From Octopus sinensis (lineage: Eukaryota), in contig NC_043014.1 of the NCBI RefSeq assembly GCF_006345805.1, positions 18,104,001 through 18,168,000 of the forward strand: a DNA stretch of 64,000 nt. The letters run 5' to 3'. Below are positions 1-15,158 of this stretch, one piece after another. Within the stretch, counting starts at the first letter, position 1, and every line of letters begins with the position of its first letter. The position numbers and the translations under genes were made by a program. The notes beneath the pieces are model-generated. The model saw nothing but the letters and a program-made list of their open reading frames with translations, made no database searches and was not told the origin of the DNA.

Positions 1-60
1 CACGATAACAACATTGATTAAGCTTCGTGCAATGGCCATACTCGATAACGAGGGGCAGCC

Positions 61-345
61 ACCATGTATGTATGTATGTATGTATGTATGTATGTATGTA
101 TGTATGTATGTATGTATGTATGTATGTATATATGTATGTTCTATTTCTCTTTTTAATTTTAGAGTAAATTTTAATCGGCCACCTACAAAGACGTGAAGGA
201 AAGTAGCTTGTTTTAACCATCATCCGTTAAATCTTAAGAAAGTCTTGCAGATTTTTATATTCCTAGATAATGTGATCGTTTATGTATGTATGTATGTATG
301 TATGTATGTATGTATGTATGTATGTATGTATGTATGTATGTGTAT
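61..345. repeat. (ATGT)n microsatellites (two tracts, 61-135 and ~281-345)
   Basis: Direct reading of tandem atgt units; accounts for the MYVC-repeat ORF at 14..196. Confidence 0.95.
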
Positions 346-839
346 ATGCTATATAATATATGTATAATGTAATATATTATATCATATGCATGTGTATTCG
401 TGTCTATGTGCACATATGCGCCATAAAATCGCAAAAAAGTATGAAAGACTTCGAGTTTAATTGAATTCTGGTTCTTCTAAAATATATACATTTTTCTTCT
501 TTTCTTTTATTTCCCTAAATTTGAAATTGCAAGTAATCTCAGGTTTTAACAAAACAAGGATTGTAGACAATGATTTTAGCAAAACGAATTCCGATACCTA
601 CTTTTGGAATCTGCTCTTGTTTATATAAATCCTTTTGACTTTCATGAGATTTTGTTTTCTTCTAACAAAAAGTGTTTTCAGAAATATAATTTTTTTTAAT
701 TATTTTTCTACGTCTTAATGAAGACAAAAACTAATAAATTTTCTTTCCCTTCTCCGATGATAGCTAAAAAGCACGTGCTCGTGTGTTTTATGTCAGTGAG
801 AAATGTCTTAAATATATCTAAATTTCTCTCTCCCTCTTT

Positions 840-840
<1 letters not shown>

Positions 841-878
<38 letters not shown>

Positions 879-902
879 CATAGATACATATATATGTATA
901 TA

Positions 903-957
<55 letters not shown>

Positions 958-1038
958 GCATATACACCCACATACAAGTATATATGTATGTACAAACATT
1001 ATGTATGTATATCTGACTCTCCCTTTCCATATACATAC

Positions 1039-1076
<38 letters not shown>

Positions 1077-1140
1077 GATGTATGTATACGTACAAACACA
1101 CGTATACTAACACATACACACGCATACACACGCATAAATG
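841..1140. repeat. (TA)n/(TACA)n compound microsatellite
   Basis: Direct reading; generates the YI-repeat pseudo-ORFs. Confidence 0.95.
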
Positions 1141-1306
1141 TATGGATAATATGATTTAGAGAGTTTTCACATGACAAATACGACCAAGCAAATAAATAAG
1201 TTTGAAGCCTTAGATAAAGTTACACTTAACAAATGTCTTGGGCAATAATAAAAATAACGAACGTCATCACTACCACTACCACCATCACTATCACAATGAT
1301 AATAAC

Positions 1307-1770
1307 AAGGCTACAGATTTTAGGGAGGCGGGAATTTAGATGATTTCATCAATCCTAGTGCTTGAGTGGTTCTTTATTTTAGCGACTGCAAAAGGATTGG
1401 AAAGGAGGCCGAACTCGGCAGAATTTGAACTCAGAACGTGAAGAGCCAGAAAGAATGTTGCTAAAGATTTTGTCCGTCTGTACGTTCTCCGTTCAAATTC
1501 CGGCACAGTCGACTTTGCTTTTCATCCTTTCCGGTATCTATAAAATAAGTACCAAAACAAGCATTGTGGTCGATGTAATCGACTTACTCCATCCACCGGA
1601 ATTGCTAATTTTCTGCGAAAATTTGAAACCATTATTATTATTCAAATTCTGCCGCGCTCGAATTTGCCTTTCATCCTTTCGCGGTCGATAAAATAAGTAC
1701 TAGTCAAGCACTTGGTCGATGTAACTTTTCCCCCTCCCTTAAAATTCCAGATGCTTTGCCTATGATAGAA
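1307..1770. mobile_element. Two partial tRNA-derived SINE copies (family A) joined head-to-head
   Basis: ~1307-1470 matches the reverse complement of the family-A body (gaatttgaactcagaacg); from ~1465 the same family runs on plus (gttcaaattcc...gtcgactttg..tttcatcc). Confidence 0.7.
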
Positions 1771-1817
1771 AGGGTTATTATTATTATTATTTTTTTTTTT
1801 AAATTATTATTATTATT

Positions 1818-2364
1818 GAGTGACGGAGCAGTACAAGTGACACTGGGGTTAAATATACGAAGCCCAGTATACCCATCATGACTACCCGTCTGATAGGGGT
1901 ACACCAGGCACATGCATCACAGCCATATGAGCGCGACATGGTGATCTCATATCAAGGTAAACAGTACATGACCTTGCAGGTGGGGCCCAGTTAGAATTTT
2001 CTTCTGGCCGAGTAATCCATCCCGCTCAAAAGGTCCCTGAATAAGGGTTGTTTGAGGATGTTGAACGAAACACCCACGTTTCCAGAGGTGAATTATTCAA
2101 ACCCTAAAGAATCCTTCTCAATACATGGCTATGATGCTCCCCCACTACTTCTGCTCGTGATCAGAGATGCACATATCGTCAGCCACCAAGGGACATGCTC
2201 AACTGGTTAAGGTCAAACAACTGATAAGCAAACTGTGGTATTGAGCAGAATATTTGCTGTAGCCCATCTTTTATACCAAGACAAAACAATGTACATGACA
2301 ACACTTCCAATCAGTTAAAATTAGATGACCACGAAAACCACTGCCTGGTACTGCATCAGGGCAT
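1818..2364 (-). mobile_element. ~550-bp dispersed non-coding repeat inserted in an (ATT)n/(AAT)n tract, copy 1
   Basis: Reverse complement of the copies at 26106-26580 and 47264-47823; (ATT)n on both flanks. Confidence 0.85.
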
Positions 2365-2381
2365 TATTTCATTATTATTAC

Positions 2382-2439
<58 letters not shown>

Positions 2440-2455
2440 GTTGTTGTTGTTGTTG

Positions 2456-2510
<55 letters not shown>

Positions 2511-2571
2511 GTTGTTGTTGTTGTTGTTGTTGCTGTTGTTGTTGTTGTTATTATCATCATCATCATCATCA

Positions 2572-2615
<44 letters not shown>
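2365..2615. repeat. (ATT)n/(GTT)n/(ATC)n trinucleotide microsatellite
   Basis: Direct reading; source of the poly-Y/L/I ORFs. Confidence 0.95.
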
Positions 2616-3323
2616 TTATTATTAATTCGCTGTTATTACATAACTTTAAAATTTGTCGTACGAACTGTCAATATCACATACGTATACACTGACGCGCGTA
2701 AAAATAGAGAAGATATTCACATACGTCCACGTGTATGCACACACAGGGTCACATACTCATGAATACACATATATGCACGCTCACACAAACTAATTTTCAG
2801 GCAGCTGTTGATGTTGTTCAATCACATATCATTACGTTAGACATCCAAGTTTACTAATTTTATCGCAAATCAACAGTTTCACCTTCTCCTATGTTTTCCT
2901 ACGTGTGTGCATGTGTTTCTGTATGCATATGCGTATATTTGTACTCACACACACACGCACACACACACACACACACGCACACACACACATATACACATCT
3001 GCATGCATATGTGTATTTAGACTTACTTTTCAATTTATCCATTTTTTTTCTTTAACCGTTCACACATGGGCCAATACGATGCCAAGCAGGATAAATGAGT
3101 TAGCGCTTTCACTGCGTATCCCAAGACAAAACACAAAAGAACGATAGAAGCCTCAACCCAAAATAATTAGAAGAAAAAAATTCGACTAAAAAATATCTAA
3201 ACACGTAAGGGTATCGTAAGAATCTCCCCACCAAAATTCTAGTGTCAAGAACTGTCAAATACACGCACACACACATGCATCCATCCATCCATCCATACAT
3301 ACATGCATACATACATACATACA

Positions 3324-3429
<106 letters not shown>

Positions 3430-3764
3430 TATATATACCAGTCCTTATAACAACATTGTGATGGAGTGTGTGGTATTTGTCTATATAATATCAATTTTTA
3501 TTTTGATGACTTTTGCTACATTTATTGATTGATAGTATTTTTATTCACACGCTCCATAGTGCATTGGCTTGGCAGATTCTTGTATAAAATTGAGGTACTA
3601 AGTTCATTTATTTTTCAGTCGCCAGTGCAAATATCGCTGGAGCTAAACTTTCTCTTTGTAATATTTCAAGTTTCGTTCAAATAAAATGCGAATTTTGTTA
3701 AGCGATTACACTCTGCTCTTCTTGGAATATTTATTATTATGAACTAATAGAACAGCTACCGAGA

Positions 3765-3900
3765 CAGACAATATGCTTAGCAGTATTTCATTCAGTTATT
3801 TATATTCCGAGTTCAAATGCTTCCAAAGTCGACTTTGTCACTCATACTTTCGGAGTCGATAAAATAATAAGCAGTCAAGCACTGGGATGGAGTAATCGAT
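3765..3900 (+). mobile_element. Degraded SINE family A
   Basis: atgcttagcagtatttc...gagttcaaat...gtcgactttg...gtcgataaaat motifs shared with intact copies. Confidence 0.65.
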
Positions 3901-3954
3901 AATTGTTGACTTAGTATCAATAATTAAAACTATTATAATGATAATAACAATATC

Positions 3955-4021
<67 letters not shown>

Positions 4022-4897
4022 GTATTTGATCCTCGTGGTGTGAAGACGTTGTCTTTACATCTCTCTTCGAAACATTAACTATTGAAATATTGCAAAAGAA
4101 AATTTTCGATGGAGTACTTGTATATAAGAACAATAATTTCAAAGGGAAGCGCTGCTCGCAGTACCTGGGAGCAGGAAACAGATAAATGAGGAGTGTTTCC
4201 CAGAGTTTTAGAATTATATTTGCATACATTACATCTTCACAAGAAAAATAGTTACCACACACAAACATGGTAACATGAATAAACATACCATGGAGAAAAA
4301 AAAAGAAGGAAAGAGAAAGAAAATCATAAAAACTCAGCACGCGGTGAAATGTATAAACGGAATAAGGAAATGAACATTTTAGAGAACAATTAATAGAAAA
4401 ATGCCTCAAATACAGAAATAAGTAATGATGAAGACAGCGATAATAGTTCTAGCGGCTCTTACACGCAGCCAATTACTGCGGTTCATTCATACAGCAGCTG
4501 TGTGAAGGCAAGCGTTCCTTTAATACAAAGTGAACATATGTAAGGTTTAGATCAATCACAGCTACAAGAAAAAAATGTAGATGGGAGAATTTTGTAAAAT
4601 GGAACAGCATTTCTTTGGCATAGATGAGAGCGAAGAGAAAAATTATAAATCTCTATTTAGAAAAAATAGACGCGGTTTAAAACTTCCCTTACGTCAAAAT
4701 GTTCACCAGGACATATCTCTCAAATGAAATAGCAAAAGCTATGCTACTATCCGCTGTACCTTTAATTCAAAGGCTTTAAAAGTGGAGGTGCAACCAGAGT
4801 TATATCTGGCCTGAAATTGCCAGACGTATCTCTGAATATGCATTTCTGGTGCAGAACATGTGTCAAAGAAACGCAAGTTTGACAATGTGTGACACCT

Positions 4898-5020
4898 GAA
4901 ACAACGTAGATCCATAGTTCCATAGCAATATACGTAGCGCAAATCCATAGCAATATATGTAGATCCATAGATCCATAGCAATAGATCCAGCATAGATCCA
5001 TGGCAATATATGTAGCACAG
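4898..5020 (+). repeat. Degenerate minisatellite (agatccatagc(aatatatgt) units)
   Basis: Repeated tccatagc/agatccat units of variable length. Confidence 0.7.
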
Positions 5021-6130
5021 TATAAGAGAGTAAGTCAGAGCAAGGCAATCAAAATGTGAACCATGCTCTGGTGGAGCCAAAATGGATTTACAAGTCACTC
5101 AAAAATCCGTAAAACTACGGAGCCATAGCAGGACTGTATCTAGAAGAAGGCGTCAGAACTAATTAATGATACAGAGTAGAAAGCCGAATTGCTACACCTG
5201 TCGAATTAAAACACACCCTTGAGCTAAATGCTCTGAAAAACTGGAAAGAGGAAAGGATTAAGTTGAATAAGACTCAAACGAATATAATGCAAATCAGCAA
5301 CAACATCAAAATGGACAATACACCCCTGTTTCTATAGCACCATCAGCCAAAATCTCTGGGAATTTCATGTGAAATATCTTAAGGCCTAATATCAGAAATT
5401 GACAAGCAAAAGCTGGTTCGTTAACACTTAGACATATGCATATGTGTTGCAACGAACGATCTGAAAAATTTATGAGGCAAAAACGGTTTGGCTCTAAACA
5501 TAAACATGATCCAACAGAGAAACCATCGGTAAAATTAAAAGTAAGACACTAAAGGAAACTTTAAAATGAATACTCTTAAGTTGTTAGTATTTTTAACCGC
5601 CAAATATTAAAAAAATGTTCATGGACGCATTTTACTGCATTTGAATACAATTTGACAAATAATTAAGCGAAGAAGGTCATGGAGTGCTCAAGTTTAACCT
5701 AATCGTTGATGTTTATTTCCTTTAATCATATCTACTTTTATTCTTTGATTGAGCGATAAATGTTTGTGTGTGGATATATATATATTTGCGTATGTGTGTG
5801 TGCATATATATATACGTAAACACGTATGTCTATAAGTAGGTATATGTATATAAGCGTTGCATGCAAACACACACCCACGCACACACACACACAGACACAG
5901 ACACATATATATGGATGTATGTGTATTATGTATGTATATGTTTGTATGTGTATGTGTGTGCATGTGTGAATCTTTAAATTTCTCTCACACTGCCCATTCG
6001 TATTTGTAAATTTGTAATCCTGCCATCTTTGAAACATTATCTCTTCTTTCGTTTCTTCTTAAAACAAATGAGTGCTTCATACTATTTTGCTTGTTCAAGT
6101 ATATGCGAATAGTAAAGATTATTATTATTA

Positions 6131-6199
<69 letters not shown>

Positions 6200-6212
6200 C
6201 ATTATTATTATA

Positions 6213-6432
6213 AAGGCAGTGAGCTGGCAGAATCGGTAGCACACCGGGCAAAATTCATAGTGGCATTTCGTCTATCTGCACGTTCTGGGTTCAAATACCA
6301 CCACGGTTGGCTTTGTCTTTCATCCTTTCAGGGGTCAATAAATTAAGTACTAGGTGAAACCTGGAGTCGATTTAATCGACTAGCACCCTCCCCTAAAATT
6401 CCTAGCCTTGTCCCAAATTTGAAGCCATTATT
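6213..6432 (+). mobile_element. tRNA-derived SINE family A
   Basis: ggcagtgagctggcagaatcgg (A-box-like) ... gggttcaaatacc (B-box-like), then the conserved body; many copies in the window. Confidence 0.85.
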
Positions 6433-6559
6433 GTTATTCACTGCAGAGTACATTGAACGTGTCTTCAAACGCTCTAGGTGGGTTCAGTTTAAAACATTTG
6501 TGTACACCAGTTTGGTGCCTTTTTCATTATTCATATCATTGCAAGTTGTTACTAGAAAC

Positions 6560-8480
6560 ATCAAAAACCTGTCCCTGATTTTCTGTGTTTGCTTGGTCCC
6601 TCGAGGGCCTATATTCGGCCCACCAAATAAGTTCGGTGGGCGTTTAATCGATTTAATCAAATACAACTCAACAAGATGGCGGAGTGCGTCTTGAAAGAAT
6701 TGAGAAAAAAACTGCCCCTCCCGTAGGTCTGGTGACCTTCCCTCCGTTACTTGCAACAATACAGAAGAGGAGGAGGAGACAAGGGGAGATGAAAAAGTAA
6801 AAAAGTCCACCTCATAGTAACAGCAGTGGTAGCTCGACCTTCCGGGACCCGAACGGTAAGTTGGTGGTCCTGGACGTGAGCATCAGCGAAGGTGGGGCCT
6901 TTAGACTGGTGGCCGTCTACGCCCCTACTGGGGCCAAACGGCCGGATTTCTTTAGGCGTCTGGAAACGTCTTACCCTTTACTGTTAGTGGGGGACTGGAA
7001 GGTATCTCAGGCGCACGCTCGGATTGTGTGAGTGTCATGGATAGAAGCGGGGCGGGTGAAAAACCTCAAGCATTTGACGAGCCAGTTTCAAATGTCAGAC
7101 AGGTACCGACATGATTTCCCTAATGCACCTGTGTGGACCTGGACCAACCGCATAGGATCATCTAGATCGTATCTGGAAAGGATTTTTACTAGGAAATAGA
7201 TAGTAATAGTGTAGGCTGTGTACTTTATAAAACGATCACCTATTCAGATCACGCGTTTGTAATCTGTACGGTTGGCCTAGATAAGACGCGTAGTTAGGAC
7301 CCGGTTACTGGAAGCTGAACATGTCGTTTCCAACACGTAAGACTTACAGGAACCGGGTCAACAATTTAATTAAGCAAAAGCTGACAGGCGGGGGGCGTCA
7401 ACAACAGGTGGTTGGAGGGAACTCAAAAGAGAGGTTAGAATAATTTCAATAGGGTTTGTCAAACGGGTTTTCCGCAGCTCGTCTCCTTGACTGATCTGCA
7501 GTCCTAGGTCAAGAAGAGACCCAGTTAGGGTGACTGGCCTCTGGAATGTTGCTAGGCACTCACTGACTTTTACCGTTCAACGATGTGGTCGGCGGAATAT
7601 ACAGTCTCGAGTTCTATAGAGGGTTAGTAGTGGGAAGGTGCAATGATACACTCGGAGAGACTCTGGCCTTCGACGAAGTGGAACTGACCAGTCTGTTCTG
7701 GAGGACTTTCGAGCCGGGGAGGATGGACAACTTCCAGAAATCCTTCGCTTGGCAGTGCTACGGGAAGATGCACGAAAGACGCTGTCTGATGAACCTGCCT
7801 GAGATGAGCGCAGAGCGACGAAACCGTCCTGCATGCATTCGTCCAGTGTCCGTGCATTACTGACTGGTGGAGTTATGTCGAGCAACTGTTGTCGCATGTA
7901 GCACGGATCCGGTTATCGACCGAGTCCATAGTGATGATCGAGACGCCGCCGCCTTCCTTTGGCCAGGAAGGGCAGGCAATTTTCCTATCTGGTGGCAGTA
8001 GCGAAAGAAGTAGTATAGTGGACCAGGTTAAAAGGACTGAAGGCAGATACTTTTCTCTTCGGCCAATCCCTCATGAACTTATTCAAATTTCACTTGGAAA
8101 GGAAGATGAAGGTGGAGAGAGAAGTGATGCCCTCTCACTTCAGTACATTTGCTGAAAGGTCCATGAATGTAGCGAAAATGGCCTGTGTGAGTGAACCTAC
8201 TCTAATAATGCACCTGTAAGCTGGTGAATTTGAGGAGAAGAGGGCTACCCTTCTCGAGTACCTTCGAAACGACAGGTCGTTCAGGATTAGTGGGTTAACT
8301 GAGTCAACACTGGGTGGTTATACCCACTATTGCGAAATTTTCGTTGTTATATTCTTCTTGTTCGATGTTTATCGTTATTGTTTTCCTAATTGTTTACTCG
8401 TTGTTTTGTGTAAAATCCCCACTGTCCCCGTCTACTGTATTGTCCACTATATGTCGGCCCTGGAGGCCAAAAAATGAAAT
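6560..8480 (+). mobile_element. Internally deleted Tx1/L1-clade LINE (APE endonuclease fragment plus C-terminal/3' region)
   Basis: ~6840-7330 translates with frameshifts to FRDPNGKLVVLDVSISEGGAFRLVAVYAPTG..LLLVGDW, PVWTWTNRIGSSRSYL, YSDH and GYWKLN (APE motifs); ~7800-7900 gives DETVLHAFVQCP; the RT core is largely absent; ends at an (ATT)n tail. Confidence 0.8.
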
Positions 8481-8482
8481 GA

Positions 8483-9390
<908 letters not shown>

Positions 9391-11249
9391 CAATCAATAT
9401 TTAAGTCTATTTGACTAACCGTAATTATTTTCTCAAGTTTGAATTATTGCCCATTTTCTATCGCATATTCTATTATTTAATTTTTATTTTCATTAAATTT
9501 AATCCGATCATTTCATAATCTCCTTACATTATATCGTTGTGTTTAGCCTCTCATTTCTTTTCTCCCTTGCTTTTGTAACGTTTATTGTATTGTAGGAGCT
9601 CAGGAGACAAATTATAAGAAAAATATTGCATTGGACAAAATTATATTTCGTTTTGAGTTCAAATCCTGCTGAGTACAATGCTGCTTTTTATCTTTCCAGG
9701 ATCAATGAAACAACGTAGTAGTATAAATGTTTAGCTTCGTAATTCGGATAGAAATTCTTTTTCGCTATAAGCTAAACGATTTCGTGAACAAACACTTGCG
9801 CGCGCGCGTGTGTCTGTGGTTAGTCTGAGGACAAGAACAGGGCAGGCAAGGACAGCGCAAAAGAAAAAAATCTGTGAAGAAAGTATTGGTAAAGTGGTTA
9901 CAGTGGAATCTGAGGAAGGGGGCGAGATAAATTATGGCTGATGAGAGGAGAAGAGACGGATGTGTTGGATGGAATTATGTGGAGGTGATATCCAACTAGC
10001 TAGCATAGACAAGGAGGGCCCATTTAGTAAGAAAAAGATATGTAAAAAGGGGAGGTGACTGTGCGTCTGTGGGCCAGATGTTATAGTGTATTGTTGAGTG
10101 ATTCTTTACTAATCAGCTGAATGTGGTCTAAGAAGTGTGCGTATGGGTTTGTGTGAGTGTGCGTGTGTGTTTCATATGTGCATGCGTGTGAGTGTGTGTG
10201 TGTATGTCTGTGTGTCTATATATGCGTATGTGTATGTACGTTGATCAAATGATAGATCACCACATAGTCTTATGGGGTAATTTGAAATGTAGGGTCTGTC
10301 TTTTTTCCCCTGATAAAAATGCAATTTCAGTTCCGCTGGGTAAGTGAAGGAAGTGATTACGCCTAAGTCTTCAGCGTTTCTTTTGCAGAAAAATGTGGGA
10401 TCGATTTGACTAGCTTCTAGTCTCTTTTTTCGTTGTCATCATACCGCTCTTCTGTTTTCGGAGATATTAGTATGTTACAAGTGATTTAATTTCTTGGGAG
10501 AGACATGCACCGCCCTGACCTTTTAATTTTTCAGAGCCACCGTGATGACTAGAAGATGGAAATAGCTGGGATGTGACCGCGGGCAGAGTGACTGATCTCA
10601 TTCAGAAATAGGCAGAATGGTCATGTAGAAGTAACTAACGATTACTCTGGTGCGGTACCATCGACTAACTGTTGTGTTTTTGTCCCCAGGAAACATCTGA
10701 TCAGATTGAAACAGATGCTTTTTTGCTTCTTATAGAAGGGAATATTTTGTACTACCAACACCACTTACAAGGCGGTGACGAGATGACGCTGTGAATGGGG
10801 CGCAGGCACGCACTGTTACTAAACAAATAATATTGGATATTATGATCGCCATTCTGATGCTCTTCTCTTTGACGAAGCTGCAACCTCGAGTCAAACACAG
10901 ATTGTTGCTTATAATCTCACTGCAGTCTACCAGCTGGACTTAAATAGTCGTTAGAAATCCAAACCTGGCATACAATAAAGGAATAATGGAGGATGTGAAC
11001 ATTGATCAGTAAGCAACTCTATGCGCCGACGAAGATAGTATGAATAATCGTTTCTTAAGGAACTTTAAGATGAAGATTATAGACGCCCCCTCTCTCCAAA
11101 ACTGTCGTTTGTGCCGAATAAAATGATCATATTGGAGCCACTAGTTAACTATTCCAACTGAGACACCACAGGATGACGGAACTGACTGACATTCGTGTAG
11201 TGACCGTTTATTTCTAGTTTCTAGGTATATGTTGAACAGCTATTATATT

Positions 11250-11600
11250 GAGTAGAATGAACTCCTTGCAGCCAAGTCTGTCATCAAGATCGAGCCACCG
11301 TTTTCCTTTGACAACAAATACCGGCCAGTCTTCTCCTCCTAGTTAGCTATGGCATGAAAAGTTGAGGAGAGTAGGCAAATGAAATGCGTGAAGATAGCTT
11401 TTTTTCTTTTCTCAGGCCAAGCCTTCATCAACGTTTTCAAGTACCACTTGAAGAGGAAGTCGGGTGTAGAGAAGGACGCGTTACATTCCAATAAATTTTA
11501 TATGTGGAAGAGACTGGCGAAATTGTCATGGCTAACTAGAGGTTAGAACAGGGAGAAGAGGTACATCCCTTTGGTGTGTAAGTGTCTCCGAATAAATCTC
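11250..11600 (+). mobile_element. Degraded Tx1-like LINE 3' fragment
   Basis: ttcaagtaccacttgaagaggaag..tgtagagaagga resembles ttcaaatttcacttggaaaggaagatgaaggtggagagagaag at ~8085. Confidence 0.45.
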
Positions 11601-11826
11601 AGTGGCCGCTTTCTCATTTCTTGTTGTTCTATTGTTTATTGTTCTACGTCTCTAACGCTGTTTATAAATGTCTTCTGTAATGTGCTGATCTCACCTCTTT
11701 CCTTCGCATAAACATCTCCAAGTTCATTGTTTGTTGTTTCCTTTTGTGCTTCACTTTTCTGTATTCTTCCCAACATCTCGCCCCATGTAGTAAATAAGAG
11801 AAATCCTTAGACCCCAATATTATTTT

Positions 11827-11876
<50 letters not shown>

Positions 11877-12122
11877 GCTGCTCCTCGACTTCTCCGCCAA
11901 CTCTTATACGACACAGACCACCCCGACTAACCACCACGTCCAACTTCCAGCAACCAAGAAACAGGAGCAAACTGATGACAAACGAATGACATGTAATGAT
12001 AAATCAAAGTTTTTATTGAGTGTTATCTCAGTGAGAAAAGAGAAAGATGATGAGAAAGAAAGTGAGAGAATGAGAGAAAAAGATGGAGAGAAAGAATAAG
12101 AGAGAAAGAAAAAATGGGGAGG

Positions 12123-12163
<41 letters not shown>

Positions 12164-12679
12164 AGAAAGAGAAAGTATATGAAACTTGAGGTTAGCTGAC
12201 GTTTGTGGCTTCTGAAATATGTCCTGTTGTTTAGTTTGACATAAAGAATAAACATTAGACATGTTGTAGAGATGAAAGGAGATAGATAGGCAGACGAATG
12301 GATATATAGATAGGTAGCGGGAGGGAGGGAGAGACAGAGAAAAAGGATGATTGTTGTTGTGGATCTCATGAAGATTTGCCTTTCTTTCACACTATTAAGT
12401 ATATATACATACACATACGCACATATATAAGTATACACACATAGAAATGAACGTATGTGCGTGTATATATGCTTATATATGTGTGTGTGTGTGTGTGTGT
12501 CCGCGTGTGAGCGTGTTTGTGTGTATCTGCACGTACATTCACACATATATGTATATACGCATATATGACTATACCTGGATACATATATGTCTATATGTAC
12601 AGACGTATATATGTATATATATATATAATGTTTGTGTGTGTATCTATGTAACATATGCGCATGTGCGTTCTTATATATT

Positions 12680-12839
12680 CGTTTATTTATTTCAGTCACT
12701 TAATTGCAGCCATGCTGGAGCACCGCCTTTAGTCGAGCACGTCGCACCCAGATGTTATTCTTTGTAAGCCTAGTACTTATTCAATCGGTCTCTTTTGCCG
12801 AACCGCTAGACTACGGGGACGTAACACACGCACACATGC

Positions 12840-12871
<32 letters not shown>

Positions 12872-13070
12872 CGACGGACTTCTTTCAGCTTCCGTCTATC
12901 AAATCCTCTTACAAGGCTTTGGTCGGCTCGAGGCTATAGTAGAAGGCACTTGTCCAAGATTCCACGCAGTGGGACTGAGCCCGGAACCATGTGGTTGGGA
13001 AAGAAGCTACTTTCCACACAGCCACTCCTGCACCTCACAGCCGCTTCTGCGCCAGAACAGCCACTCCTAC
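12680..13070 (-). mobile_element. tRNA-derived SINE family B with internal microsatellite
   Basis: Reverse complement of the copy at 46259-46660 (gcaggagtggctgtgtgg...ttccgggctcagtcccactgcgtgg...gacggaagctgaaagaag). Confidence 0.85.
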
Positions 13071-13190
13071 GCCTACACACACACATACACCCTCACATAC
13101 ATATATATACACATACATATATAAATAATACATACATACATATATACATACATACATGCATACATACATATGTATGTGTGTGTGTGTTTA

Positions 13191-13460
13191 TCTCTTATTA
13201 TAAAAGGCAGATTTTATCTGCCTCCCTTTGGGAGTTATACAAATCTACAATATAGGATTTCTTCAATTACAATTTACCTAGCAGTTTTGAGAGTACAATG
13301 CATCGCGTCATGCCAGGTCTAGTTTTTAAAATTTAAACTCCAATTAAGCAAAATTACAGAAAACTCCATTCTGGTTTGTGTGTCAAATGCTTTTCTTTTC
13401 TTATCTGGTTACACCACACGCAAACGCACACACACAGTGGGCAGGAATAAAATGAAAGTA
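13191..13460 (+). mobile_element. Helitron-like 5' end fragment (family 2)
   Basis: Starts A|TCTCTTATTATAAAAGGC; near-identical to 14698-14950, which directly follows a Helitron 3' end. Confidence 0.55.
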
Positions 13461-13847
13461 ATTCACTTACTGTAGTGAGTGATTCTTTCACTCTGCCTCC
13501 CACTTCCTCTTTACACACATAGAAAAAAACTTTTATTTTTTTGCATAAGTAATGAGAGCGAAAGAGACTAAGAGAGAAGCGATTGTATGACGAGGGAAGT
13601 TCCTTTGAAGTTACCGTGCATGGGACCATTGATTTACATGTGTGTGTGTGTGTGTTTGTTTGATGGAGTGTGGGAGACAGACAGTATGTTGTGTAAGTGA
13701 AGTGCTTCTGTTAGTGTGTGTGAAGAGACAGAGAGAGTAATGTGTGAAAGAGAGAGATAACTGAAATTTTTTACTCGGTTATGTGTATATGTATGTATGC
13801 ATGTATGTGTGTGTGTGTGTGTGTTGTATGTGTGGTGTGTATGTGTA

Positions 13848-14697
13848 TTTATAATAAAAGAAAGGTTGTGTGTCTGTCTACTCCGATTTAGATTCCTAAC
13901 TACTCCCACATTTTGCGATGCAGTTTAACCAAAACCGGGTATCTTATAGTCGTGATTCATATCGAGCCCTTCTGGGTATTAGCGCGCGTCTACGATGAGT
14001 CTATGATTTTACAAATAATTTACCATCATTTTTTTTCCATTTTAATGCATATTTTAAAAAAATAAACGGAAGTAACTCTCAAACTTCACACCAATATGCG
14101 TGCTCATATGCGACGTAATATCACATCACCAGCATTTCCTCACACTCTCCTTGCACTTGGCGAGGCAAAATACCAGGGGATGAAAATGGTAATATTGCCA
14201 TCGATTCCATTTGTACCATTGTTAAGACGACCTTCTGATCTCAGAGATGCAGTGTTCCCAGATTTACAAGCTAATTATCAGAATATGGATTGGATTGGCA
14301 AAAATGCTATACTGGCCCCGAGGAATAAAACTATTCACCATATTAATGATGAAATGCTAAAACTCATTCCTGGGGAAGTCGATGATATCAGTCATCTATC
14401 GATACAACAACTCCTGACCCAGAGGACGTCATCAACTATCCAATAGAGGTACTCAATTCCTTTGAGCACCCCGGACTACCACCACACTTTCTCAAACTTA
14501 AAGTTAGTGCCCCTATAATGCTCATCAGAAATTTGGTTCCCCCAAAACAATGCAATGGCACCCGTTTGGCGTTAAGTCCTTATCTCCCACCGTAAGCTTA
14601 TTTCAATATTTGCCTGAATAATCATCATAATTCAGTGCAATCATTAACAGTACTTTCAAGCAATTTAGCCCCGAGCAACGCCGGGCAATTCTGCTAG
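13848..14697 (+). mobile_element. Deleted Helitron carrying a PIF1-like helicase fragment
   Basis: 3' end is the hairpin cccgagcaacgccgggc followed by CTAG (14694-14697); 5' region is shared with the copy at 15946; contains helicase coding remnant. Confidence 0.85.
14096..14575 (+). pseudogene. Helitron RepHel helicase C-terminal fragment
   Basis: AILAPRNKTIHHINDEMLKLIPGE, then after a frameshift [44 protein letters not shown]: characteristic Helitron/PIF1 helicase motifs. Confidence 0.9.
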
Positions 14698-14950
14698 TCT
14701 CTTATTATAAAAGGCAGATTTTATCTGCCTCCCTTTGGGAGTTATACAAATCTACAATATAGGATTTCTTCAATTACAATTTACCTAGCAATTTTAAGAG
14801 TACAATGCATCGCGTCATGCCAGGTCCAGTTTTTAAAATTTAAACTCCAATTAAGCAAAATTTACAGAAAACTCACATTCTGGTGTGTGTGTCAAATGCT
14901 TTTCTTAGTCTGGTTTACACCACACGCAAACGCACACACACAGTGGGCAA
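14698..14950 (+). mobile_element. Helitron-like 5' end fragment (family 2), second copy
   Basis: Direct repeat of 13191-13460 starting with TC immediately after CTAG. Confidence 0.55.
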
Positions 14951-15111
14951 CGAATAAAGTGAAACTAGATGTAATATTTGTTTCTCTCTATCACGCTGAT
15001 AGATACATGAGTAAAATGTATGGGAAGCTAACACATAAGTGTGAGTGAAAATGTTCTTGGAAGAGAGTAAATAGCCAGAGATAGTGATTTGAGGAACACT
15101 CATACATACAT

Positions 15112-15158
<47 letters not shown>

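Noticed and set aside
5040-5430. CR1/L2-like LINE remnant
   Set aside because: Only vague similarity (IAGLYLEEG...KAELL), with no diagnostic motif.
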